A DNA stretch of 64,000 nt from Macrostomum lignano (Eukaryota). The stretch covers positions 67,186-131,185 of the forward strand of contig NIVC01000074.1 of the NCBI GenBank assembly GCA_002269645.1. The letters are read 5' to 3'. The position numbers and the translations under genes were made by a program. Positions 51,425 to 63,790 of the stretch are shown here, one piece after another (the stretch's first letter is position 1; each line of letters starts with the position of its first letter). The notes under the pieces are model-generated. The model worked only from the letters and a program-made list of their open reading frames with translations. It had not been told where the DNA came from and did no database searches.

Positions 51425-54400
51425 ATGACAACTATTAGGCCTTTTACTGCGAATGACTTGTTCAAAATTGCCAATGTGTAAGTATTTTTAAGTATTTGGT
51501 ATCAAGTATTTGCTAAAAAACTTGCCTTTTGATTAACTAGGCCTATCTTAAAATGCACAGTGATAGATAGGATAGGGGCAGGGGTGGTAGGTTATTTCAT
51601 TGACAAGTTTTTTTTCAAATGAACTGTCTGTCTCTAAAATTCCCAAGGACGAAATGAGCCAGAGTCTAGTTGTACTTTTAAAGTAAATGAATGGCTTATA
51701 TATGGATCTATGTAATTGTAAGTTATGCATTTCAATCAAATTATTTGATTTCATATTTTATAGGCCTATTATTTAGCCTATTTTATTATCAGATTTAATC
51801 CCTTCCATGTGCTTATTCTATACCAGGATCAATAACTATGTTTAATCCAATACAGTGTAGTGATAGTTGCTCATAGGCTTAGTCTTTTTATATCCTTTTT
51901 CCTAGACCCAGGTTTATATATTGACCCTGGCTGTATGTAGTCTTTCATTGGCATGTATATGACGTAGGGTTAGTTGGGACTAGCCTGCTTAAATGTATGA
52001 TGCACAATAACCCACAGTCTTATATAGGAGCTGCTTAGGGTGGGGCTGCTGTACAATGCGCTTCTTCTTTCTAAAGTGCCTAATAAAAATGTAGACTTTA
52101 GCTTTGTACTAGGCAAGAAGAACTTGCAGATTTAAAGCTTTATTAGCCACAATTTTTTAATAGTTTAAATCCCAAACAGTACCAATAAGGCAGCAGAAAT
52201 CTTCTTATATTTGCATTTTTCTAGTACTTTGTTTTACATATAGCTTTTAGTGGTAGAGACGCACAATTCGATGGGCATACAACATTAGTACAAGTCACTA
52301 GGGTCCTAGGGAGCTATACCCTATTGGAATAAGTTTTAAAAACCCGCGGACATGCAATATGAGTACCAAAATTGTGCCCTCAAAAGCACGACACAACAAA
52401 AGCGTTGACTAGGGGGGGGGCAATGCAATACCAATGTCTATTGACTAAATGACCAGGGGGGGGGGGAGAACACCATAGCAGCCACGTTGCACGTTGCCTA
52501 ACTAGTCCCTATTGGAATAAATGTTGAAAACCCACAGACGCGCACTTTAGAAAAGAGTCAAACTATTTTACTGCTCTTTAGGATTATTAGAGATGTTCCT
52601 AAAGATCTGCAGTTTCGTCGAAATCAAAATTCGCTAACTTTCCAAAATCAAAATTAAAATTTCCCGAAATCATAATTCAGAAAAATAAAGTTTAGTATGA
52701 TCAACACTCACTTTTTCACTTTCAATTTACTGCTTAAGCAAAAAGTAATACAGTTATATCTAGTAGAAATTAGTTTATTTTTAGCAACTTTTTAGACACT
52801 ACCAAAATTTTCACTTCTAAATTTTTTTCAAAATTGAAATTTGCTCTAAAAAATTTCTAATTTTGGAAAATTGAAATTGAATTTTTGGAACATCTCTAAG
52901 CTTAATAAATTATGAGTGTATAAGCCCCTTCCACAGAGTTATTATACCCATTTCCTTATATATGTATTTGCTAAAGCAGCAGCCAGTAAGAAAGGGCAAC
53001 GCGCGCGCAGGTGCTGCGCCTATGCGCGCACTGCACTTTAGAAAAATTCCAAAAGTGCGCCAGACACTGTCTGCAGTTTTAGAACTTTTTCCTATAGGGT
53101 AACTAGTCATCCTAATTGTCCTCTGCCACTCACTCCCAAAACCAAGACCATGGGGTGAAGGACGAGAATATTCCTTTCAATTTCACAGAAAAGGAAATGA
53201 AATTTAAAAACAATAAAAAGTAAAACAACAAAGGTAAAGCAGCTTAAAAAACAGTGCACGCATTGTAACTAACAAGTAACATTTCTAAAAATTATATTTG
53301 AAGTATTAGTTACTTTACCATAAAAAAAACAATTCAATAACTTGTTATTATCAAACATGTTTAAAACATATAAATACCAAGAAACAACTGTGAACAGATT
53401 ACAATTTACAATGAAATGTAGTTTGCAAGGTTTTGGCTACAGATCCAGGCTGCAACACAACATATGCCAAGTTGCCACACTGTCACAATGTGCAACGCGA
53501 TACATGACAACACCGGGTTGCCACAGTGTCGCGCGATGCGACACAATGCTAGACAGCACTGTCACGCAACGTGACACCAGGAGAATCTTAAAATGCTATG
53601 GACGGTTGTCCATGTTTTGTCAACTTATTCCAATAGGGAAGCTATAAGCTGACAAAAATGGGGTCTCATGGGGTCTAAATAAATGTATAGCAAACTAGAG
53701 TCAAGGGTACATCAGGAGAAAGTGGCTATAGGGGGCTTAAACAGCTTGGGACCAAGATGAGAAATGCCAGCCAATCACTAAGAGTATAGCATAGCAGACT
53801 GCAACTAGTAGCCAATCAAAACTATAGGGGTAAGGCATGGCAGCTTGGCTTACAACAAAAATGGGAAGTTGTATGCAAATTATATAGGGGTTGAAAAAAA
53901 AATAGACAAGGGAGGCAGGGTATGCAAATGCAGGAATGAAAATGAGATAAGTCAAAAAACATTTGGGGGGAGAAAAGATAGCTAGATTAACTTGACATAA
54001 GAAAGTGCACTAATCTGCACAATCACTATCATATACTTATAACAATAGCTTTCTTGGGTATTTTAATTAGATATTGTCTTAAAATGCTTAATACTAAAAG
54101 CTTTTTGTTGTGTTTTATGCATTGATTCATCATTCAGCCGAAGGCTTTTATTAAAAGAGCATAGCTTAAGTGAAATATATATTTTGTTTATTAATATAAG
54201 TCAAGGCAAGCCTTTATAGAGTCAGTCGGTAGCTGTTTGGGACATAGACAAAGTTAATGCTAGGGCAATGGCTAAAAATAAAAGTATGTTGGATTTGGAT
54301 TGGTATATATGTCCCTTTCTAGGGAAAGAGAACTGCAACAGTAAAGCATTGGTGGTTATTGATTAGTGGGTTTGAATATGAATAGGTGAGCTTAGGGAGC

Positions 54401-57400
54401 TTGGTGCTTAACAAAGTTAATGGCAAATTCGTTAAAAGTTTAGGATTAATCTGCATCTATGCTATTCAGCAATTATGGCACAAATCAATCAGGGGCCTAA
54501 CAATTTTGTGAGCTTCGGCGTGTTGGGTTGTTATTTGGTTGCTCTAGGGTATCCTGCTCATGGGTCGTTGGTACCTGCTCTTATCTAGCTATCATTTGCA
54601 GTGAGGGCTGTTGCCAACAACCTCCATGCAAGCTTTTATGCCTTTTATAGTAGGCAATGGCTTAACTAAGTGGGTATTGTTCTGGGGCACACATGTGGTG
54701 TGAAAGAGGCCCTCTGCATCCAATAGATTGCAGCCAAGCAAGCCATATGGTTTGTTCAAGTTGACCACAATGAGCTCTGCAGGGTGCAGATGACCTCGTA
54801 GTTCAACCATGGTTGCTAGCTTTCTGAGTGATTTCATCACGTGACTATTAAAGGCTTTTAGCTACCAAAAACACTTCTGCAGTGAGGGTTGACCCTGTCA
54901 TTCCATTACAAACTAGAAAGCATGGAGATGGAGGTGCCTGTATTGATCTGTATGTTGATGGTCTTGCCATTGATAATAAGTGGCTCGATGGCTATGTTGA
55001 CAGCTTAGACAGTTCCCATGTTGCTGAGATGCATAAGGGAAGTCTTCTCATGTGGCTCATTGTCTATTTCATGAGCTGATGGGTCAGTGACTTGGGGCAA
55101 ATGCAGATGATAAGCAACATATGCTGGTGAAGTGATTTTTCTTACCACATTTCAAACAAAGCTTGCCAAAAGTCGGGCATTTTCCTTCCAAATGTGCTTT
55201 GCCGCAATAACAATAGTCCTTGATACCCCAATGTCCATTATGCCACTGCAAGTAATGCACAGAGGCTTTGTGTGTTTGGATCAAAGGAGCTGGCTGAGTC
55301 AAAAGCCGCCACCTACTCTAGGTTGCAAATAAAGTCCACAATTTTGGGAACTAACTGGAATGATTTGATTTGAGTAGCCTCCAGAATGTGTTGTTGGTTT
55401 ACATTGCTAAGCCCAGAAATTAGTGACATTTAGAACAATTCCTTGAGAGGACTGTTGGATATCTTCAAATCATCAAACTTACAATCCTTAGCGTCATGAC
55501 AAAGTTGGCTAACAAAGTCAAAGATTGATTCATTTGGTGCTTGCTGCATGGCAAAGAAACAAATGCATTCAGCAATGACCAGCTTTTCCTTTGGCTTTAG
55601 GTATACTTGCATAGTAGTGTTGATTTCATCAAAGGTTAGGTTGGTCACAGATTTAGGGGCAATTATGCTTTGTATCTTCTCCAAGGCTATAAGCCCGCAG
55701 TGCACCAAAAATTGTCTGTGATGGTCTTCTTTCCAGCACTATCAGTCTAGTCTTTTGCTTGGGCCAGCACTTGAAAGGCAGTCATCCAGGTTTGAGCTCA
55801 ATCGGGCTTTTCCTGTGGCAGTTCACCAAGCAACTGTGATACCATTGTTGTGTTTTATGCATTGATTCAGCATTGAGCCAAAGGCTTTTATTTAAAGAGT
55901 ATAATGTACGTTTTGAATGAACATGAATGTATGTTTTGTTTAACGATATAAGTAAAGGCAAGCCTTCATAGAGTCAGTCAGTAGCTGTTTGGGACACAGA
56001 CAAATAAGTTAATGCTAGGGCAATGACTGAAAATAAAAGTATGTTGGATTTGGATCAGTATACAACACTTTTATCTAGAAAATAATCAAGAAATCAACCT
56101 TTATATACTAGCCAATATGGCTAATATACTAGCCAATATGCTAGTATTGTGGTAGACCAAGGGTAATCACAAAATTGATTTCTCTTTATAAGTTAGGCAT
56201 TATTTTATCAGTTTTACTTCATTGAAAAAATTTATGAGGGCTGCTTCATAGAAAAAGACACTTCTAAGTTTGCTTTCGCCTTAGATTTTTTTGCAAATAC
56301 CCTTACCTAATTAGACTTCTCAACATAGTTTCTAGACAGATTGATGCATTTCTGCATCCTATGGAACCATGCTGCAAAATAGTCCCTCAATTCAACCTAA
56401 GTGACAGCTTCTAGCTCTGCTTTCAATGCCTCTTCAAGCTCCTTGCGCTAGTCAAAGCACTTTCCCTTGAGATTCTTCTTGATCTTTGAAAGAGAAAGAA
56501 GTCAGCTAGAGCAAGGTTGGGCAAGTAGGCTGGATATGGCAGCAGAGTCAGCTGAGTCAATGCTAGAAACTTCTGTGTCACCCTGGCTTGGTGAGCTAAG
56601 CATTGTCATGGTGCCTGAAAATGGCAGTCTCTGCTCTTTGGCCACTCTTGATAGAGGAACTCTAGCACCTAGGGCAAGCAGATACTTGAGTACTAATAAC
56701 CAGTTAGTATGGCACCTTCCTCAAGTAGAATGGGCAGCAGGATGCCAAACTGCCAGAAGAAGACTACTGTCTTGCCTTGCTATTTACTACCTTGCTTACA
56801 CTTATCTCACATAAGAATTTGATTCCTATGTTCCTCTAAGGTATCCTCTTTGATGGTAATCCTTTGTCTGCTCTGAGATTTTGTCTCTGGGTCATAAAAG
56901 TAAACCCAAGTTTCATCTCCTATCAGAATATTGTCCACCAATTATGAAGCCTTTGCATCGAATTTGTTGGCATAAGGTTTGCAAACTTGACATGATCTTG
57001 CATTTGGGTTGAGTTCTAGTGATGGGGCAACCAGTGCAAACACTTTCCTCATGCCCAGATGATCCTGCAAGATGGAAATGGCACTTGAATCCAAAATCCC
57101 AATATGTTTCTTGATTTCACAAACCATCACTTATTGATCTTCATCAAGCAGTCTTTAGACTCTGACCACTGTTGCATTCATTATGGCTGAATTCAGATGG
57201 CCTTTGCATTTGTCATCATCCAGCTCCAGGCAGCCAGAATAAAATTGGCCAAACTAGTTTTACACCATCATCTAGAATGGGGCTTTCTTGGCCTAAGCCC
57301 AAGGCTTCTTGAAGCATCTGCAAGCACTTGGAGGCAGATTGGCCAAGTCAAAGTTGGCCCATTTTGACTAAGCCAAAATCTATGTGATTTATTAGAGAAA

Positions 57401-60400
57401 AATAGCTCAATTGATTTTCTTTAAACTTGCACTGTTTAATCAGAATTTTTTTACAAAAAAATATAAATAGTGGCTAGTGCTAAAATAATATGGGATAATA
57501 TATATAAGCTAGAAGCACTCTATCATATCATAGATACCAGATACTAATAATAAGATAGACATCTTGAATACATCTTATAGAAAATAATCAAGAAATCAAC
57601 CTTTATATATTAGCCAATATACAACTATAAAAGTATATATCACTTATTTATATAGTTTTAAGCTATTTAACTTAAATGCTATAGCCTACAGCTAAATTTG
57701 CACATTTTAGCACTGGGTTAGTTTACAAATACATTATGGATATACCAAAAACAAGTTATTTTTATCTATAAATCACATCAACAATAACTCACTTAACTAA
57801 TGAACAGTAAATAGCCTATATATTTATTTTAAATTCTCAATAACAATTTTATTCCTTACTCACAATATAATATAGCATGAGTAACTCAAGCATAATTTTT
57901 GAAGAGTAACCATTACTAGGTTAATGATTCAAACAGTTAAGAAATAAAACTAAAAAAACAGCAGTTAAGTTAATGAAGCTTCTCTTCATTCTTGCTATTG
58001 CATTACTAGTTTATTTTTAATGTATGGGAAGATGACCAAAGCATGTCTATAATCTACATATAGAAGTCATTGGATTATGATACTATTACTACTGCATGCT
58101 ATAGTCTATAATGTTAATAAGCAAGTACTATAGTTTATTATTATAGCAGTTTCTGTGTGTGTTAACTGAGCTTTTTGATATCATTCTAACTGCTTTTTAT
58201 TTCTACAATGCTTGGTCCCTATACCAAAGTTAAACAAAAACATCAACATTCAACATACTAACTACAAGCTAGTGGTTTTCACAGTGGTTAGGGTCTCGCC
58301 CTGACTGCTTGGCTTGAGTGTTTCTACCTCCTCTGTGGAAGCCTTTGGCAACCTTACACGTTTCCGTCCCTGGTGCCACACGCCAGCCAGTCTGAAAAGC
58401 AATTCTAAGAATTCAAATGTACTTATTAGTGACACGCCTAGCCACAGTCCAAGAATGCCACCAATGTCTGAGAACAGATTCCTAGCTGGATAGGCCCAGT
58501 TCTCAACTACTATATTGCCCATAGTTGAGTGGCTGTAGATGTTTAGCTTGAGAAAGCTGTGAATTCCATTGCTAGGCTGTTTAATGAGTAGTTGGCGCAT
58601 TTCCATTAGTACACTGTCGTCCAGAGCGTCTTGTCGAGCCAGAGTAGCCGTCTCTTCAACCGACTTTAACAGAGCCAGTGTTGCTTCGCCGAAGTCGCTT
58701 GGCCAACTGTTTTGAGTTAGTCGCATCTCGTATTGCAAGTTTGTGCAACTAATCGAGCAGTTGGCTCGGTCAGCAGCTGTCAGGCTGTGTATTGTGCGCA
58801 CAGCCCTATCGTGACAAGCTCGCCGACTTGTATTGTTGCTTCCGTCTGGCGCCATGGCATCCTCGGCGTGGTGGTCGATTCGGTGACAAAATTTTTCTCG
58901 AAAATCGCCTCGCTGATGCTGGTAGATGGTTGGCAATGGTAGCATCTCGGAGATACATTTGCACGTCTTGTTCAGATAGTCCTGATAGCGATACATTGAA
59001 CAATCGGTGATGCTGTATCTATATTTCCTGCGATTGCCGAAACAGTCAAGAAATTCGATTGTACTCAACGAATCTTCTTCAATACACGGTCGAGTATTTT
59101 TGCTTAACACAGTCTCCTTGGTGTAGGCCAATTGAGCATATGTATTGGTGCCCTTCTGCACGTAGAAACCGTCCATCATATTTGGCCGGGTGCCCGGTTC
59201 GTGTATGACAACTCGATAGCCAGTAGAGAAGCTCAACGATTCCTCCTCTGTGATGAAGTTTTTACCGTCGCCGCCGTATAATATTAGATTAAGGCCGCCC
59301 TCTTGTTCGCCGCCGACTATTAGATGTCTATTGTTGGGCGAAAATGTATAGCAGCTGACGTATTCTGGATCTACATACTCGATGAAGTCTCTATACGAAC
59401 ATGCGGCGCCTATGTAGCGGCACAGTACGATCATGTCCTGTCTCTGCTTGGTTATATTTACCAGATGCAGGTAGCTCTTCAGAGAATTACGCAAGTCGCC
59501 ATTTATTGCGCTGTTATTTTGATGAGGATTTTGCGGATCCCAGTAACTTCTAATCCTTTCAATTAGCTGGTTGATTGTCAAGTTGGTACCTTTAACTGTT
59601 GGATTGCGACTGAATCTAATTAGACTAAGCTGACTAGTTGAACAAATTGTCACGTCTGGGAATACAAACTGGGTGCTATAAACCTGTGTCTCCGTGTTAA
59701 CTGGCGACTGATAGAATCGGCTGATTAGGAAGCACAAGTGAACGGTGAATCCAATGGTTGCTGTTAATATAATTAGCATCCAGACTAGACGATGCATAAT
59801 GCTACTAGTTTCGAAGATCTTGTGAAATCCGTGCGCGCTCGTGCTGTTGCAGAAATTCTTTAACATAAAAATTGACGGCGTGTCGACTGCAATCTCAGAT
59901 TTGCAATTTTTTTGTGGAATTTCTTGGTATTCGTTTGACTGACGGCTCGGCTTCAAAGTTGAGTCCGTTTTCCACATGCCTGGCGAGTCTAATTGTTGAT
60001 TTTGGTCCAGGCAAATTATCGATTTGATAGTGCACGGACTCTGGCCTTCTATATCCGGATTGTCTTCTGCAACAATGTCGTTGGCCTCTTTTGTGTTGAC
60101 ACTGCTGTCGCTACCTGGGCTTGCTGCTTCCATATGGGACTGTTTCTGGCCCAGCATTGTGTGACAAGCCTGTCCGTTCGTCTGTCTTAGACCACCTATA
60201 GCGCAGACATTTTGGACAAAAAATAACGTCTACTGAAGAGAGTCCTGCATACAAAGTGTGCTTCTTAACGTTGATACTTCAAGCGCAGTTGCTAGCCTAT
60301 TCGTCTTGCTGTACTTAACCATTTTATAGCCTGGCTGAAGAAGGAATGGGTCTGCAAATTTTAGCAATTCCCACAGGCTCCCATTGGCTTAGTTCGCTGC

Positions 60401-62354
60401 TAGCCAATCTAATTTGGCTTCACTTGGGATATTGTGTACAGGACCTTAGGGAAATTTCTCCACCGATTTGCCTATCGATTACATGCCCTGACTTAATTCA
60501 ATTGATCTATTTTTTTCTTATTAGTAATCTCACTCTATGGTGTCTTTTGTAATTGAGTCTATATTGCGGGTTACCAATAATGTAATATTATATAATATAT
60601 ATATACTGAAAATTTACCATTTTAGAAATATGGATCCGCTGACGGAGACTGTATCCTTTTATTTATTGTTTTGTTACGAATGTTCGAATTGATTTTCGGA
60701 GAGGTTGATTCTTTCCTTAACTGAACTGACGTTATTATAAACTATCTTTTAAACTAAATTAGTATGGACTCTCCTTTTACCTTACCTACCTGGTGCATTG
60801 GCCGGAGTACTTTAAGATTGCCGAATCCTCGATGGCCGAGTTATGGGCTACGGTAATTAAATTAACGATTTATTATCCTTCTAACCTAATGATAGTTTTG
60901 GCCAATAAATAACAATTATATATATACCTGGCCTAACTTAATCTTACTATAGTGATGGGCAAATCTGAGGGCTACAACGAGAAATGGCACGGTCACGTGA
61001 CTGCTCTGTCCGTTGCGCCAGAATTTCGTCGACTTGGTTTAGCCGGCAAATTAATGGCTGGCCTTGAGGACGTGTCCGAAAAGTGAGTATTTTTGTTTCT
61101 TGTTGGCTGGTTGTAATGTCTTGATTCAGGATAAAGGCTTTTTATCTCTTGATATTATCTCATCTCTTTTTATCTCTTGCCACTGGCTATTCCCAGTTGC
61201 ACCACTGGCTATTCCCCAGTTGCACCACTGGCTATTACCAGTTGCACCACTGGCTATTCCCCAGTTGCACCACTGCCTATTCCCAGTTGCACCACTGCCT
61301 ATTCCCCAGTTGCACCACTGCCTTCCCCAGTTGCACCACTGTCTATTCCCCAGTTGCACCACTGGCTATACCCCAGTTGCCCACTGCCTATTCCCCAGTT
61401 GCACCACTGCCTATTCCCCAGTTGCACCACTGGCTATTCCCCAGTTGCACCACTGGCTATTCCCCAGTTGCACCACTGCCTATTCCCCAGTTGCACCACT
61501 GCCTTCCCCATTTGCACCACTGCCTATTCCCCAGTTGCACCACTGCCTATTCCCCAGTTGCACCACTGGCTATTACCCAGTTGCACCACTGGCTATTCCC
61601 CAGTTGCACCACTGCCTATTCCCCAGTTGCACCACTGCCTATTCCCCAGTTGCACCACTGCCTATTCCCCAGTTGCACCACTGGCTATTCCCCAGTTGCA
61701 CCACTGCCTATTCCCAGTTGCACCACTGCTATTCCCAGTTGCACCACTGCCTATTCCCCAGTTGCACCACTGCCTATTCCCCAGTTGCACCACTGCCTAT
61801 TCCCCAGTTGCACCACTGCCTATTCCCCAGTTGCACCACTGGCTATTACCCAGTTGCACCACTGGCTATTCCCCAGTTGCACCACTGGCTATTACCCAGT
61901 TGCACCACTGGCTATTCCCCAGTTGCACCACTGCCTATTCCCCAGTTGCACCACTGCCTATTCCCCAGTTTGCACCACTGCCTATTCCCCAGTTGCACCA
62001 CTGCCTATTCCCCAGTTGCACCACTGCCTATTCCCAGTTGCACCACTGCCTTCCCCAGTTGCACCACTGGCTATTACCCAGTTGCACCACTTTCTCACAA
62101 AACTTCCACCCGACAGAAAGCGAGCCTATTTGTCGATCTGTTCGTTCGCGTCTCCAACGACGTGGCTGTCCCTTTACAAGAAGCTGGGCTACACAGTGTA
62201 TCGGCGTGTACTAGAATATTATTCTGGCAACTCCTCGCCAATGTTTGAACAAGATGAAGACGCTTTCGATATGCGAAAATCGCTCAGTAGAGATCCGGAA
62301 AGAAAGTCTATGATTCCACTAGAGAAACCTGTGCGACCTGAAGATGTTGATTGA
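51425..62354 (+). CDS. NAA20: N-alpha-acetyltransferase 20 (NatB catalytic subunit); exons 51425-51477, 60626-60650, 60763-60852, 60953-61082, 62117-62354; three small deletions as assembled
   Basis: MTTIRPFTANDLFKIANV|NMDPLTET|YGLSFYLTYLVHWPEYF...MGY|VMGKSEG..EKWHGHVTALSVAPEFRRLGLA...|..FVDLFVRVSN..AV.LYKKLGYTVYRRVLEYYS...DEDAFDMRKSLSRDPERKSMIPLEKPVRPEDVD; all junctions GT-AG. Frameshifts at ~60828, ~62130 and ~62170. Confidence 0.9.
54106..56063 (-). mobile_element. Old, internally deleted Ty3/Gypsy (Mag-like) remnant with diverged LTRs (~54106-54309, ~55846-56063) in NAA20 intron 1
   Basis: Two related ~200-bp direct repeats starting TGTTGTGTTTTATGCATTGATTCA; gag fragment IIAPK...PKEKLVIAE...QAPNESIFDFV; knuckle CLKCGKKNHFTSIC; PBS-like TGGTATCAC. 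Confidence 0.8.
56320..57370 (-). pseudogene. Mariner transposase remnant in NAA20 intron 1
   Basis: Minus-strand fragments ILQDHLGMRKV, ILIGDETWVYFYDPETKSQS, FRHHDNA, a DFFLF-like segment and KCI...NYVEK; interrupted by stops and frameshifts. Confidence 0.8.
58262..60157 (-). CDS. DEG/ENaC (amiloride-sensitive channel family) subunit, 631 aa, single coding exon
   Basis: FCNSTSAHG, TM1 RLVWMLIIL..., FPDVTICS, CYTFS, GLNLILY, GYRVVIHEP, Cys-rich thumb, TM2 LFSDIGGILGLWLGVSLISTFEFLE. Confidence 0.95.
   Translation of the reverse strand: MLGQKQSHMEAASPGSDSSVNTKEANDIVAEDNPDIEGQSPCTIKSIICLDQNQQLDSPGMWKTDSTLKPSRQSNEYQEIPQKNCKSEIAVDTPSIFMLKNFCNSTSAHGFHKIFETSSIMHRLVWMLIILTATIGFTVHLCFLISRFYQSPVNTETQVYSTQFVFPDVTICSTSQLSLIRFSRNPTVKGTNLTINQLIERIRSYWDPQNPHQNNSAINGDLRNSLKSYLHLVNITKQRQDMIVLCRYIGAACSYRDFIEYVDPEYVSCYTFSPNNRHLIVGGEQEGGLNLILYGGDGKNFITEEESLSFSTGYRVVIHEPGTRPNMMDGFYVQKGTNTYAQLAYTKETVLSKNTRPCIEEDSLSTIEFLDCFGNRRKYRYSITDCSMYRYQDYLNKTCKCISEMLPLPTIYQHQRGDFREKFCHRIDHHAEDAMAPDGSNNTSRRACHDRAVRTIHSLTAADRANCSISCTNLQYEMRLTQNSWPSDFGEATLALLKSVEETATLARQDALDDSVLMEMRQLLIKQPSNGIHSFLKLNIYSHSTMGNIVVENWAYPARNLFSDIGGILGLWLGVSLISTFEFLELLFRLAGVWHQGRKRVRLPKASTEEVETLKPSSQGETLTTVKTTSL
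61183..62090. repeat. 23-bp minisatellite (ATTCCCCAGTTGCACCACTGCCT) in NAA20 intron 4
   Basis: Tandem unit read directly. Confidence 0.95.
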
Positions 62355-62984
62355 GTTGCGTGGATTTTTCTCTGGCTTTGACTGTCTTTAGTTTGATTTT
62401 ATTGTTACTGTATAATGTTAGAGAAATTTTAGTTTTACATTAGCAGCTAACTTGCAACAGTTTCTAAACAAGTCAAACAATAAAAAAAATATTATCATAA
62501 TCTTTAAGCTCCTGTTCAAAAAGGTTTATACCGAAATAGTGCAACTGCAAGTCTCTTGGTGTCTTTATTTCTACTGAAATTTAACTTTAGGTTTAGCCAG
62601 TTTTTCAGGTCCAAGCGTATTGAACCGGCTTAGTAGCTAGAACGATTTTCTAGTTAGTTTTCAATTTCCAGGGCCATCTGTTTGCGCTGTAGACTTTTGT
62701 GTAGCGTATATAATACCAATCTGTTACGTATTGTTGCGCATGTGTATTGAAACCAGTTTTTCTTCACTTTATAGAGCCAGTAGCGGTAGCGACATAAAAT
62801 GGCATTTTATTGCGCACTTCTCTTTCACTTTCACTGTGGAAAATATCTTTGCAAAGTAAAAAAGTTAACTTTTAATTCCAATTGTGTGGTGGGAAACAAG
62901 ACGTTAGCATGAAGAGGGTCAGGGTAAAGTTTCGTTGAACCTTCTCTTTTTTTATGATGTTATCTATAATTGCTATCGGGGATG

Positions 62985-63790
62985 CTTGCTATCTAGGGGT
63001 GCTTGCTATCGAGGATGCTTGCTATCGAAGATGCTTGCTATCGAGAGATGCTTGCTATCGGGGTATGCTTGCTATCAGGGGATGCTTGCTATCAGGGATG
63101 CTTGCTATCAGCCAATGCTTGCTATCGAGAGATGCTTGCTATCGGGTATGCTTGCTATCAGGGATGCTTGCTATCGAGAGATGCTTGCTATCGGGGTATG
63201 CTTGCTATCAGGGGATGCTTGCTATCGAGAGATGCTTGCTATCGGGGTATGCTTGCTATCAGGGGATGCTTTGCTATCGAGAGATGCTTGCTATCGGGTA
63301 TGCTTGCTATCAGGGATGCTTGCTATCAGGGATGCTTGCTATCAGGGGATGCTTGCTATCAGGGGATGCTTGCTATCAGGGGATGCTTGCTATCAGGGGA
63401 TGCTTGCTATCAGGGGATGCTTGCTATCGAGAGATGCTTGCTATCGGGTATGCTTGCTATCAGGGATGCTTGCTATCAGGGGATGCTTGCTATCTTGGGT
63501 TGCTTGCTATCGGTATGCTTGCTATCTGGGGATGCTTGCTATCGGGGGATGCTTGCTATCTTGGGTTGCTTGCTATCGGGTATGCTTGCTATCTGGGGGA
63601 TGCTTGCTATCGAGGGATGCTTGCTATCGGGTAATGCTTGCTATCGGGGGATGCTTGCTATCTGGGGTGCTTGCTTTCGGGGGATGCTTGCTTTCGGGGG
63701 AGGGGATGCTTGCTATCGGGAATGCTTGTTATTTAGGTGGTGCTTTCTATCGATAGATGCTTGCTCTCGGTGGGGGTGCTAGCTATCTAG
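62985..63790. repeat. ~17-bp degenerate minisatellite (GGGATGCTTGCTATCAG)
   Basis: Tandem unit read directly; host context lies beyond the window. Confidence 0.93.

Noticed and set aside
60500-60590. Nearby candidate NAA20 first exon (MVSFVIESILRVTNN)
   Set aside because: Wrong phase for exon 2; the exon at 51425-51477 matches the conserved N-terminus and has a GTAAGT donor in the right phase.
61064-63782. 200-400 aa Cys/Pro-rich ORFs in several frames
   Set aside because: Translations of the 23-bp and ~17-bp minisatellites; only the end of the 61149-62354 ORF (NAA20 exon 5) is real coding sequence.
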